DNA from: an uncultured delta proteobacterium
GTDB lineage: Bacteria > Desulfobacterota > Binatia > UBA9968
NCBI GenBank assembly: GCA_963755715.1
Contig: CAVWLW010000027.1
Coordinates: forward strand, 96,001-160,000
DNA length: 64,000 bases
Direction of reading: 5' to 3'
The notes beneath the pieces were generated by a model that did not search any database, had not been told where the DNA came from, and saw only the letters and a program-made list of their open reading frames with translations. Shown piece by piece: positions 1-9,669 of this stretch (its first letter is position 1; each line of letters begins with the position of its first letter). The translations under genes were made by a program, and so were the position numbers.

Positions 1-79
1 GAATGGGGAACACGGCGGCGAATTCCGAATCGCATACGGTTTTCGCTGCCGCGGATGTTCGACGGAGAATCTTCTATGA
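1..79 (+). CDS. 3' end of an upstream gene (partial), C-terminus ...EHGGEFRIAYGFRCRGCSTENLL*
   Basis: Frame open from nt 2 to TGA 77-79, overlapping the next ATG (ATGA at 76-79); contains CxxC. Confidence 0.45.
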   Translation, partial: NGEHGGEFRIAYGFRCRGCSTENLL

Positions 80-597
80 ACTGGCTCAAAAAAGAAGAAT
101 GGTCGTGGTGGCAAGCAGGTTTATTGCTAGGGCTGCTTAACATCGCTGTGTTCTATACTGCGAATTACTACCTGTCGGTTTCGACTACTTTCTCACGCGC
201 CGCGGGCATGCTGGTTGGGCTGGTCGCGCCGGAACATGTAGCGGCGAACGCTTACTGGCAAAACGTCAAGCCGATTGTCGACTGGCAATTTATGCTCGTG
301 CTCGGCATCCCGATCGGCGCCTATCTGGCGGCACGGCTGAGTCAAAAAGCCCTTAGCTTTAGCGGCTCGCTTCCCGATATGTGGGTGAGCCGATTCGGCA
401 CGAGCAATACGCAGCGTTGGGTCGTCGGAATTCTCGGCGGCATTTTCGTCGGTTTCGGCGCGCGCCTGGCCGACGGCTGAACCAGCGGCCACGCCCTCAG
501 TGGAGGGCTTCAATTGGCAGTGAGCAGTTGGATTTTTCTGATCGCAATGATGATTTCAGGAACGATCATGGCGCGGCTGATTTTTCGGAGGGTGTAG
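76..597 (+). CDS. YeeE/YedE (TsuA/PmpA-like) sulfur transporter half-subunit, putative selenoprotein (TGA 478-480)
   Basis: GGAG RBS before ATG 76; hydrophobic helices; GFGARLADG-[TGA]-TSGHALSGG matches the family G-C-TSGH motif; frame continues to TAG 595-597. Confidence 0.88.
493..508 (+). promoter_or_regulatory. Putative bacterial SECIS hairpin for TGA 478-480
   Basis: GCCCTC-AGTG-GAGGGC, a perfect 6-bp stem starting 13 nt after the UGA. Confidence 0.6.
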
Positions 598-599
598 TT

Positions 600-1163
600 A
601 TGGGTCCACTGGAAATTACCGGTCCGGCGCGCCTCGTGCTCGGACTCGTCACGGGAATTCTGTTCGGCTTTATTCTACAAAAAGCACAAGTGACCAAGTA
701 TCAGAAGATCGTGTCCTTTTTCCGTTGGACCGATCTGACGGTGCAAAAAGTCATGTTCGCGGCGATCCTGGTTGGCATGGTCGGCGTCTACGCGTTGCAC
801 GATCTTGGTTTGGTCAATCTCCACATCAAACCGACGCTGCTCGGCGCCAATATTCTCGGCGGCCTGATCTTCGGCGTCGGCATGTTGCTCCTTGGATTTT
901 GACCCGGCACGTGTGCCGCGGCCTTCGGCGAAGGTCGCCTAGACGGTTTGTTTCGCGGCGTTCTAGGTATTCTGATCGGTGCCGGTCTCTACTCGGAAGT
1001 CTATCCGTTCATCGAGAATAATCTTCTCAAACTTGGCGATTATGGCAAGTTAACGATTCCTTCTTTACTTGGGGCGGGGCCCTGGTCAGTGATTGTGCCC
1101 TTCGTTTTAGTTTTCGGTGCCGTATTTTTTGGCTGTATCAACGTAAAGGTATGTGAAAGATAG
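600..1163 (+). CDS. YeeE/YedE (PmpB-like) sulfur transporter half-subunit, putative selenoprotein (TGA 900-902)
   Basis: GGAGG RBS, ATG 600; GLIFGVGMLLLGF-[TGA]-PGTCAAAFGEG matches the family G(Y/F)CPGT motif; ORF 948..1163 is in the same frame. Confidence 0.88.
918..938 (+). promoter_or_regulatory. Putative bacterial SECIS hairpin for TGA 900-902
   Basis: GCGGCCTTC-GGC-GAAGGTCGC (9 bp with one G-U) starting 16 nt after the UGA. Confidence 0.6.
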
Positions 1164-1329
1164 GTAGTAGGGCCGCTGAAAACGTTGACGCTGAGGACGG
1201 CGCTGATCGAGTGTACGAAAATACGTCAACGCGAAGTTCGGCGAGCTGCACCGAACCAATTTCGCGTCAAAGCTGATCGATTGTTACGTTACGGGCGTCG
1301 ACTTCATGGTGTTAACCGGACAGAGTCGC

Positions 1330-1941
1330 ACACTCGTTACGGTGTTAATTTTTCCAGCAACCTCACGACCAATTTAGTCATGCACGGTGGGTTCGCCGTG
1401 GTCAATAACTCTTGATACAATGGCCATCAACGCAAACGGTCAGACGACCAAGACGCAAGCGGCCGCAACCGGTCAGCTGATCGGGTTGCGTTACTTGAGC
1501 GAGAAGGAGACGACCTATTTTCTCGAATACTATCGCAACGGCGGTGGCTTTAGCCGAGCGCAAATAAAAGACTTCATCACCTTCGTCGATAATAGTTATC
1601 GGACCTTCGTCAATACCGGCAACGACAGCGGACTCATGCGCGCGGCGACACTGCTCGACGGGCCCTATGGCAAGCCCAATCCGGCGCGCCACTATTTATA
1701 TTTTCGCGCAAGCCAAAAGGAGCCGTTTGACATTCTTTATTTCACGCCGGCGATTACATCTATTATGAACTTGAACGACGCAAGCCTAACGGTTATCCCC
1801 GAACTTGCCTACAGCCCAATGACCAACCTTGAGATGCGCTTCCGTACGCCGGTCTTAATTGGAAAAAAAGGTACGGAGTACGGCGAGAAGCAAAACGACT
1901 ATCGAATTGAATTGCGCATTCGCTATTATTTCGGTTTGTAG
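1330..1941 (+). pseudogene. C-terminal fragment of an outer-membrane beta-barrel-like hypothetical protein
   Basis: Amphipathic strands, ends ...RIELRIRYYFGL; no signal peptide; 5' part broken across frames (RYGVNFSSNLTTNL lies in another frame). Confidence 0.45.
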
Positions 1942-2012
1942 AATGGTCAATGGTCCGGTTCATTGCGGGTCGGTTTATTGCCAAACGAACGCTGTCGTCT
2001 ATCGGAGGTCCT

Positions 2013-3722
2013 ATGAAGGAGCAAAGTGAGTCGCGAACGACTGATTTACCCAGCATGGATGCCCGCCGACGTGTGCTGATTGTCGGTGGTGTCGCGGGGG
2101 GCGCTTCCTGCGCGGCGCGGCTAAGACGGCTCGACGAATCCGTGGAGATCTTGATGATCGATCGCGGTCCGTACGTCTCGTTCGCGAACTGCGGTCTGCC
2201 GTACTACGTCGGCAATGTGATTTCCGATGAACGCAAGCTGCTGGTGGCATCGCGGGAGATGTTTCACGAACGGTTCAATATCGATGTGCAAACCGACACC
2301 GAAGTCATCGGTATCGATCGCAGCATGCGCACGATCACAATGCGCGACGTGCACACCGGCAACACTCGCACGGAACGCTACGACGTGCTTGTCCTGTCGC
2401 CCGGCGCGGCGCCGATCCGTCCCGCGCTGCCGGGCGTGGACCTGCCCGGTGTCTTCGCGGTACGCACGATTCCCGACTCGCGCCGCATTCGTTCCTGGAT
2501 TACGGACCATAACGCCAGGAGTGCCGTTGTCGTCGGTGGCGGATTCATTGGCTTGGAGATGGTCGAGAACTTAATCCATCGCGAGTTGTCGGTGGCAATT
2601 TTAGAGAAACTGCCCCAGGTGATGCCTCCGCTGGATCCCGAGATGGCGGTGCCGCTCATGGAACACCTTGCCGCCAAGGGTGTGCGGCTCCATTTGGGTG
2701 ATGGGCTAGCGCGCATCGAAGAGCGCGCTGGCGCTGGTTTGGTCGTCGTGGCGGAGAGCTGCGCGCGTTTGCCCGCTGATTTAGTTATCCTTGCCATCGG
2801 TGTGCGGCCCGAAACCATGTTGGCCAAGGATGCCGGCCTGGAGATCGGTCCGCGTGGCGGCATTGTCGTTGATGCCCAGATGCGCACTTGCGATCCGAAC
2901 ATCTGGGCCGTGGGCGATGTCGTGGAAGTGCAGGACGTACTTACGGGTCAAGAAACGGTGCTGCCGCTCGCGGGACCAGCCAACCGCCAGGGACGAATCG
3001 CGGCTGAATCGATCGCCGGGCGCGCGCCGCGTTTCCGCGGCGTGCAAGCGACAGCTGTGGTTGGTGTGTTGGGACTGACCGTAGCTTCGACCGGCGCCAG
3101 TGAAAAGGGGCTACGGCGCGCCGGCGTCACGGGCTTTCAAAAAGTCTATCTTCACCCAGGTCATCACGCCGGTTACTATCCCGGTGCACGCGAGATTCAT
3201 CTGAAACTCGTGTTCTCGGTCGCCGACGGCCGCATTCTCGGGGCGCAAGCCGTGGGGTTCGAAGGCGTGGAGAAGCGCATCGATGTCATCGCGACCGCTA
3301 TTCAGTTCAATGGCACGGTTCATGATCTCGCCGAGGCCGAGCTGTGCTACGCGCCGCAGTTTGGTGCCGCAAAAGATCCGGTCAATCTTGCCGGCATGCT
3401 TGGCGAAAACGTTTTGAACGGTGACATGCCCGTGGCCGATTGGTCGGAGCTCGAGCAGACCGATGCTTTGTTGCTCGACGTGCGCGAGGTCGACGAGTTT
3501 AGCCGCGGGCACATCCCCAAGGCGATCAACCTGCCGCTCTCGCAGCTGCGCTCCCGTTACCGTGAGCTGCCGAATGCTCGCGATATCTGGGTGTGCTGCG
3601 CGGTCGGACAGCGCGCGTATTTCGCCACGCGTTTTCTGACCCAGCACGGCTATCGCTCACGGAATCTATCCGGAGGTTATACGACCTACAAAGCTCTGAA
3701 GGCGGCGGGGCTTGCGCCGTGA
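2013..3722 (+). CDS. CoA-disulfide/persulfide reductase with C-terminal rhodanese domain (CoADR-RHD / Npsr-like)
   Basis: GGVAGG FAD motif, SFANCGLPY redox Cys, GGGFIGLE NAD motif, YAPQF, rhodanese LLDVRE...CAVGQRA. Confidence 0.92.
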   Translation: MKEQSESRTTDLPSMDARRRVLIVGGVAGGASCAARLRRLDESVEILMIDRGPYVSFANCGLPYYVGNVISDERKLLVASREMFHERFNIDVQTDTEVIGIDRSMRTITMRDVHTGNTRTERYDVLVLSPGAAPIRPALPGVDLPGVFAVRTIPDSRRIRSWITDHNARSAVVVGGGFIGLEMVENLIHRELSVAILEKLPQVMPPLDPEMAVPLMEHLAAKGVRLHLGDGLARIEERAGAGLVVVAESCARLPADLVILAIGVRPETMLAKDAGLEIGPRGGIVVDAQMRTCDPNIWAVGDVVEVQDVLTGQETVLPLAGPANRQGRIAAESIAGRAPRFRGVQATAVVGVLGLTVASTGASEKGLRRAGVTGFQKVYLHPGHHAGYYPGAREIHLKLVFSVADGRILGAQAVGFEGVEKRIDVIATAIQFNGTVHDLAEAELCYAPQFGAAKDPVNLAGMLGENVLNGDMPVADWSELEQTDALLLDVREVDEFSRGHIPKAINLPLSQLRSRYRELPNARDIWVCCAVGQRAYFATRFLTQHGYRSRNLSGGYTTYKALKAAGLAP

Positions 3723-3957
3723 ACTAACCTGCCGGGCGGTATTTGAGGTCGAAAATGCTGGCGCTTTGCCGTAAACTACACCGGCTCAGGTTCCAGTCGT
3801 GCCGCCTGATAAAACTGCTCAGGCGATTTATTCCAGCCGTCTGCTCAATCTCATTGTTTTTGTAATGTTCGTACAGTTAGACTACGAAGGAGGTGCATAT
3901 AAATCTGCCTTTGAACGGTTGCGTGTCTGCGGCAATCCTAGTTTCGAACCTGGTATT

Positions 3958-4077
3958 CTTGAGTTACCGGCACAACCGCCGAAGTTCGAACTCGTGATTA
4001 ATCTCAAGACCGCCAAGCAGATCGGGCTGACGATTCCGCCGAATGTGGTGGCAAGGGCGGATAATGTGATCAAATAA
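3958..4077 (+). pseudogene. C-terminal remnant of an ABC transporter substrate-binding protein
   Basis: [38 protein letters not shown] is the typical C-terminus of this family; no recognisable N-terminal part. Confidence 0.7.
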
Positions 4078-4259
4078 TCACCCGACACCGCTAGAGATGC
4101 CAGCTGTGGCGTGTCGTAAACGATCCGAACAACGTGCTCATAGCGCTGCCTGTTCCGATAGACCATGAAACATAAAATGACTCTGTGCATTTCACTCCTT
4201 TACCACCCTAATCCCAGTCTTCTCCAGCGCTCCAATTACAAAAAGGAGACATTGAAACC

Positions 4260-4895
4260 ATGAACATCAATCATCTCGACAACAAAAAAACCGCCCTGCT
4301 GTTCTTCGACATGCTCAACGTCTATTACCACGGCGCGTCGGAGGAAACGAAAAAAAGAATGAAGCCGGTGGTCGATAACGCCGTGCGCTTGATGAAAGCG
4401 GCGCGCGAGCACGGCATTCTGATCTTTTATGCTATGGCCAATCACCGAGTCGATGGCGAGAGCAGGAGTATGATTATCACTGAAACCGATATGCGCTTAC
4501 GGCCTTGGGCCAACAACGACTGTAACCCGACCGTGCACGGCGCCACCGAAGGCTCTTGGGAGCAAAAAGTCATCGAAGAGATCGCGCCGCGTCCTGAGGA
4601 CTACGTCATCCCCAAATACCGCTGGAACACCTTTCATCAGACCTACTTCGATCTGGCACTGCGCTCGCGCGGCATCGATACGTTGATCGTTTCCGGCGGC
4701 GCCGTCGACGTCGGCGTCGCCTCGACCGTCTACGCAGCGCGCGATTTGGACTACAACATTATCGTCGTCCGCGACGCCTGCAGCAACTCCCATGAAGACT
4801 CGATGGCCGCCTTTATGGACACCGTATTCCCACGCATGGCGCGAGTCCGAACCACCGCTAATGTGCTGGAGTTGATCCGAAACAGCATGAAGTAG
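4260..4895 (+). CDS. Isochorismatase / cysteine hydrolase family protein
   Basis: ALLFFDMLN, IPKYRWNTF, GIDTLIVSG..VAST..A.DLDY motifs; AGGAG RBS. Confidence 0.88.
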   Translation: MNINHLDNKKTALLFFDMLNVYYHGASEETKKRMKPVVDNAVRLMKAAREHGILIFYAMANHRVDGESRSMIITETDMRLRPWANNDCNPTVHGATEGSWEQKVIEEIAPRPEDYVIPKYRWNTFHQTYFDLALRSRGIDTLIVSGGAVDVGVASTVYAARDLDYNIIVVRDACSNSHEDSMAAFMDTVFPRMARVRTTANVLELIRNSMK

Positions 4896-4962
4896 CGAAC
4901 TCTTTGGGGGTGAACCAACTTTTGCCTGCGCCGAACGTCTAAATCAGGCAGGGTAAGTCATA

Positions 4963-5349
4963 ATGAAAAGAAGGCTGGTTCTCACCGTTTTTTTTGCCTG
5001 CATGGCAACGTTTGCAGCAATCCTGCCGAGCTTTGCGTCTGCACAAAGCGCACCCGCGGCGGAAAAGCAGAAAATCGAGGCATTGATTAAACAGGTGGGC
5101 GATCTTAAAGACGCCAAGTTCGTTCGCAACGGGTGGACCTATGAACCCGCAACCGCAGTGCGCTTTCTGCGCGGCAAGTGGGAAGCCAACGATGCCGAAG
5201 TCAAAACCGCCCGGGATTTCATCGATAAGGTTGCCAGCGCGTCCGGCACGTCGGGCAAACCCTACCTGATTCGTTTCAAAGATGGTCGTGAAATCAAAAA
5301 CCAGGAATTCCTCCTCGCCGAACTGAAGAAGATCGAACCGAAGTTGTAA
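4963..5349 (+). CDS. Exported DUF5329-like protein
   Basis: Signal peptide; FVRNG..Y, FIDKVAS.S..SGKPY motifs. Confidence 0.75.
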   Translation: MKRRLVLTVFFACMATFAAILPSFASAQSAPAAEKQKIEALIKQVGDLKDAKFVRNGWTYEPATAVRFLRGKWEANDAEVKTARDFIDKVASASGTSGKPYLIRFKDGREIKNQEFLLAELKKIEPKL

Positions 5350-5553
5350 CGCGGCGCAGCGCTTTTTTTCCGTTCGACGACGGCGCGATGCTTAACGCCC
5401 GCTCATCCGGCGCGGCGACGCCCAGGTGTATACTCGATTCCCATTTCGCTACATTGTAGAATTTCGTGCAATGGAGCGGACCGCTTGCGGCCGGAGAATC
5501 GGTATTGTCGAGCTGTCACGTTCCGTTGTATCGCGGTTGGAGGAAGCAGAAAA

Positions 5554-5895
5554 ATGTCCGTTGCCCTGAGAACGACCTTGTTGCTTATCGGATCAAATAT
5601 ATTCATGACCTTTGCCTGGTACGCACACTTAAAAAATCTCAATGATCGGAAATGGTACATAGCGGCGCTCGCGAGCTGGGGCATCGCTCTGTTCGAGTAT
5701 CTGCTTCAGGTTCCGGCAAACCGCATCGGTTACACTCAGTTCAGCGTGGCGCAGTTAAAGATCACTCAGGAGGTGATCACTCTTTCAGTATTCGCACCTT
5801 TTGCCATGCTGTATCTGCGTGAACCGATGAAGCTCGATTATTTGTGGGCGGGACTGTGCTTGCTCGGGGCGGTCTATTTCATGTTTCGATCATAG
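5554..5895 (+). CDS. DMT family small membrane protein (DUF486)
   Basis: SNIFMTFAWYAHLK, SWGIALFEYLLQVPANRIG, QLKITQEVITL. Confidence 0.9.
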   Translation: MSVALRTTLLLIGSNIFMTFAWYAHLKNLNDRKWYIAALASWGIALFEYLLQVPANRIGYTQFSVAQLKITQEVITLSVFAPFAMLYLREPMKLDYLWAGLCLLGAVYFMFRS

Positions 5896-5922
5896 AGCGT
5901 CGCTGAGCGACCTCACCCTGCG

Positions 5923-6864
5923 CTAGTGCCCCTGGCTCTCCAAAAACCGCTCGGCGTCAATCGCAGCCATACATCCCGTGCCTGCGGCCGTAACGGCCTG
6001 CCGATAGATGTGATCCTGCACGTCGCCGCAGGCAAAGACGCCGGGAACATTGGTCTTGGTGCCATCGTGGGTCAGAATGTAGCCGTTCGGATCCAATTCC
6101 AATTGACCAACGAAAAGCTTGCTATTCGGCTCGTGACCGATGGCGATAAAAAGACCGTCGGTCTTGAAATCTTCGGTCTTACCGGTCTTGACGTTGACAA
6201 ACCGCACGCCGGTCACTCCGCCTGCTTTCGGGTCGCCGTAGACTTCATCGACAATAGTATCCCACACAAATGCGATCTTGGGGTTTTTCTCTGCCCGGTC
6301 TTGCATGATCTTCGACGCGCGCAGTTGGTCCCGGCGATGTGCAACGGTTACTTTGGTGGCGAACTTCGTGAGAAACGTCGCTTCTTCCATCGCCGTGTCG
6401 CCGCCGCCGACGACAACAAGCTCTTTGTCTCTAAAGAAAAACCCGTCGCAAGTCGCGCAAGCCGAGACACCGTGGCCCATGAGCTTCATCTCCGATTCGA
6501 GACCGAGCAATTTTGCCGTCGCGCCGGTCGCAACGATTAAACTATCGCACGTGTAAGTATCTTTGCCGACAGCGAGTTGAAAGGACCGCTTCTTGAGGTC
6601 AACTGAGGTGACTTCACCAAACACGACTTCCGTGCCGAAGCGCACGGCCTGCTTCTTGAATTCCTCCATCAACTCCGGCCCCATAATTCCCTTGGGAAAA
6701 CCAGGATAATTCTCCACATCGGTTGTAATCGTAAGCTGGCCGCCGGGTTGAGATCCTTCGATCACCAGCGGTTGAAGATTGGCGCGCGCGGCATAAATTG
6801 CCGCCGTCAGTCCGGCGGCACCCGAACCCAAAATGATAACTCGGTAATGACTTTTCTTGTCCAT
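5923..6864 (-). CDS. trxB: Thioredoxin-disulfide reductase
   Basis: [31 protein letters not shown]. Confidence 0.97.
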   Translation of the reverse strand: MDKKSHYRVIILGSGAAGLTAAIYAARANLQPLVIEGSQPGGQLTITTDVENYPGFPKGIMGPELMEEFKKQAVRFGTEVVFGEVTSVDLKKRSFQLAVGKDTYTCDSLIVATGATAKLLGLESEMKLMGHGVSACATCDGFFFRDKELVVVGGGDTAMEEATFLTKFATKVTVAHRRDQLRASKIMQDRAEKNPKIAFVWDTIVDEVYGDPKAGGVTGVRFVNVKTGKTEDFKTDGLFIAIGHEPNSKLFVGQLELDPNGYILTHDGTKTNVPGVFACGDVQDHIYRQAVTAAGTGCMAAIDAERFLESQGH

Positions 6865-7009
6865 TGTGATTTTTTAACATAAAAGCAATGGTGCAGAAAG
6901 TAACCCTCAGAGTCGTGCTCGGCTGTCTATTTGAATCTCTATACGAATGGTTGCCATGGGCACGGTGAAGCACATTCGGCTACCAAACCGGATTGAAAGC
7001 GGGATATTT

Positions 7010-7489
7010 ATGGCACAACTCAGTCATTTGGATGAACAAGGCCGAGCCCGAATGGTCGATGTAAGCGCAAAGGAAATAACCAGCAGAATCGCTATCGCGA
7101 GCGGCAGTATTCATATGCGCGCGGAAACTTTGGCGCTGATTCTCGAAGACAAAATCGAGAAAGGCGATGTCTTTTCCGTCGCCCGGGTCGCCGGCATCAT
7201 GGCGGCAAAGAAGACTTCGGAATTAATCCCCATGTGCCACCCGCTCAACATCACTGCGGTGGAAATCGAGCTCACGGCGCAAAAAGAGCCTGCCCGCGTC
7301 GATATCGAAGCCACGGTTCGCGTCAGCGGTAAAACCGGCGTCGAGATGGAGGCCATGACGGCCGTGTCCGTCGCTGGCCTTACGATCTACGACATGTGCA
7401 AAGCCGTCGACCGCGAGATGACGATCGGCGAGATCCGTCTCGTTAAAAAAAGCGGCGGCAAGAGCGGCACGTTCATCCGTAAGGAATAG
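7010..7489 (+). CDS. moaC: Cyclic pyranopterin monophosphate synthase
   Basis: [40 protein letters not shown]. Confidence 0.97.
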   Translation: MAQLSHLDEQGRARMVDVSAKEITSRIAIASGSIHMRAETLALILEDKIEKGDVFSVARVAGIMAAKKTSELIPMCHPLNITAVEIELTAQKEPARVDIEATVRVSGKTGVEMEAMTAVSVAGLTIYDMCKAVDREMTIGEIRLVKKSGGKSGTFIRKE

Positions 7490-7520
7490 AAACCGAAATC
7501 AGCTGCCCAATGCCTGAATG

Positions 7521-7548
7521 GTAGGGGCGCAGCATGCTGCGCCCCTAC
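7521..7548. repeat. GTAG-type REP-like perfect palindrome
   Basis: GTAGGGGCGCAGCATGCTGCGCCCCTAC, a 28-bp perfect palindrome between moaC and rlmI. Confidence 0.75.
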
Positions 7549-7569
7549 TTTTTGGCACAGTCCAATCTC

Positions 7570-8745
7570 ATGTTGACAATTTACCTCAAATCCGGCCGGG
7601 AGCGTCCCGTGCTCAACGGTCATCCTTGGATATTTTCCGGCGCCATCGAGAGAATCGAAGGAGCCGAAGATGACATCGGAGTGGCGGATGTCTTTGATTG
7701 CAAAAAGACTTGGCTCGCCCGCGGGCTTTACAATCCAAGATCGCAAATCCGCTTGCGCTTGCTTACCTGGCAGAAAGAAGAGATCGACAGCGAGTTCTTC
7801 ACGCGTCGGCTCTCCACCGCTCAGGCTTTCAGGAAACGGCACCTTGCTGCATCGACTAACGCCTACCGAATCGTCAACGCCGAAGGCGATTTTCTCCCAG
7901 GATTGATTGTCGATCGCTACGCCGATTTTCTCGTTTGTCAATTTTTCACCGCCGGCATGGCGCTGTTCAAAGACGACATTGCCGAAGCACTGGGCGCTCT
8001 CGAACCCAGCGTCGCGATCTTCGAGCGCAGCGAAGGGCGGGTCGGAGACGAAGAAGGCCTCGACCCTGCCATCGGAGTACTGCGCGGCGACGCGCCGCCG
8101 GAGGCAATTACTGTCGAGGAAAATGGCTATAAGTTTCTCGTCGATATTCGCCGTGGGCAGAAAACCGGCTTTTTTTTGGACCAGCGCGATAACCGGGCGT
8201 TTCTATTGACGCTGGCGCACGATCGCAGTGTATTGAACTGTTTTTCGTTCAGCGGCGCTTTCTCGGTTTACGCCTTCGGCGGCAAAGCGAAAGAAGTCGT
8301 CACTCTCGATTCGTCGAAACCCGCCTTGGAACTGGCCGAGCAGAATTTAGCATTGAACGGCTTCGCCGAGGCGCCAGGAGAGCTGCTGAAAGGCGACGCC
8401 TTCGCTTATCTAAAAGAAATCGAACGAAAGTTCGACTTGATCGTGTTGGACCCGCCGTCTTTGGCTCCTAAACGAAGCAACGTGGACGCCGCCACCGGCG
8501 GCTATAAATTTCTCAATCTGCACGCGCTCAAGCATCTTAACCCAGGCGGTCTGCTCCTGACCTTCTCCTGCTCCCAGCATCTTTCAATAGATCTTTTCCA
8601 AAAAGTCGTCTTCGGCGCGGCCGTCGATGCGCGGCGCAAAGTCACCGTAATCAAAAGGCTCGGCCAGCCGATCGATCATCCCGTTAGCCTGCATCATCCC
8701 GAAGGCGAATACCTCAAAGGGCTTGCGCTCCGCGCCCTGGACTAG
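7570..8745 (+). CDS. rlmI: 23S rRNA m5C1962 methyltransferase RlmI-like
   Basis: PUA-like GHPWIFS, EGDFLPGLIVDRY, GQKTGFFLDQRDNR, DPPS, FSCS, EGEYLKG. Confidence 0.88.
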   Translation: MLTIYLKSGRERPVLNGHPWIFSGAIERIEGAEDDIGVADVFDCKKTWLARGLYNPRSQIRLRLLTWQKEEIDSEFFTRRLSTAQAFRKRHLAASTNAYRIVNAEGDFLPGLIVDRYADFLVCQFFTAGMALFKDDIAEALGALEPSVAIFERSEGRVGDEEGLDPAIGVLRGDAPPEAITVEENGYKFLVDIRRGQKTGFFLDQRDNRAFLLTLAHDRSVLNCFSFSGAFSVYAFGGKAKEVVTLDSSKPALELAEQNLALNGFAEAPGELLKGDAFAYLKEIERKFDLIVLDPPSLAPKRSNVDAATGGYKFLNLHALKHLNPGGLLLTFSCSQHLSIDLFQKVVFGAAVDARRKVTVIKRLGQPIDHPVSLHHPEGEYLKGLALRALD

Positions 8746-8824
8746 TCCTCGGACAGTGTGGTAGACGAACTCGGCGACGAGGACAGCCGGTTCTGATTCG
8801 GTCTCTAAACAACGAGAGGTGTCA

Positions 8825-9517
8825 ATGGCTTCGTACCAGACCATCAAGGATTGGCCCGAGGAAGATCGGCCGCGGGAAAAACTTCTGGCCAAGGGAGCGC
8901 AATCGCTCAGTGAAACCGAATTGCTGGCGATCATCTTGCGTAACGGCAACGCCAGCACGGGCGAGAGCGCTATCGATCATGCGCGCCTTTTGTTGAATCA
9001 ATTCGGCGGCCTGAAGGGCATCGAAGAAGCCTCCTTCGGCGAACTCGGTAAAGTCAAAGGGATCGGGCCGGCAAAAGTCGCCCAACTCAAAGCCTGTCTC
9101 GAAATCGCCAAACGGGTCAGCAGTCAAAAATGGGAAACCGGCCAACCCCTTCGTTCGGCGGAAGACGTCTATCATCATTTTCGCGACAATCTCGGGACTG
9201 AAAAGCGCGAGCTTTTCTATGTCGTGCTGCTCAACAATAAAAACCGCAAGATTCGCGAAGTAAAAATCTCCGAGGGCTCGCTCACGGCCTCGCTGGTCCA
9301 TCCGCGCGAAGTTTACAATCCCGTGATCCGCGAGTCTGCCGCGGCGGTGATTTTCGTCCATAATCATCCGAGCGGCGACCCGGCGCCGAGCCCGGAAGAC
9401 ATCGACATCACCCGGCGCTTGAAAGAAGTCGGTGACGTCATGGGCGTGCGGGTTCTCGATCACGTGGTGATCGGCCGCGACCGCTTCTTTAGCTTCAACG
9501 ACAAAGGAATGTTGTAA
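8825..9517 (+). CDS. radC: RadC family JAB-domain protein
   Basis: DRPREKLL, HhH VKGIGPAK, VHPREV, HNHPSGDP.PS.ED, DHVVIG. Confidence 0.95.
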   Translation: MASYQTIKDWPEEDRPREKLLAKGAQSLSETELLAIILRNGNASTGESAIDHARLLLNQFGGLKGIEEASFGELGKVKGIGPAKVAQLKACLEIAKRVSSQKWETGQPLRSAEDVYHHFRDNLGTEKRELFYVVLLNNKNRKIREVKISEGSLTASLVHPREVYNPVIRESAAAVIFVHNHPSGDPAPSPEDIDITRRLKEVGDVMGVRVLDHVVIGRDRFFSFNDKGML

Positions 9518-9595
9518 CCGGCGCCCTTCCCACTCGTTTGCGCGAACCGCTACCAAACTGTGCTGTCGATTGTGCAAAGTTACAATGGAGTTTTG

Positions 9596-9624
9596 TTGAC
9601 ATCACCGCGAGCCGCGTTTATTCT
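9596..9624 (+). promoter_or_regulatory. Sigma70-type promoter of the M23 peptidase gene
   Basis: TTGACA-17 nt-TATTCT. Confidence 0.5.
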
Positions 9625-9669
9625 AGCGCTGGAGCGGTTCCCTAATCATATCTTTGATTCATTTAATCC

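Noticed and set aside
76-1163. Genome-wide UGA reassignment (code 4 or 25) as the explanation of the in-frame TGAs
   Set aside because: TGA is a normal stop for many genes here (e.g. 3722, 13348, 15080, 51441), and the recoded sites align to Cys, not Trp or Gly.
3882-4190. Minus-strand ORF as a toxin or HEPN remnant
   Set aside because: No convincing motif; it overlaps the ABC-binding-protein remnant on the opposite strand.
8825-9517. RadC as a marker of a mobile or anti-defence island
   Set aside because: It is the full-length chromosomal type with HhH, in a housekeeping context.
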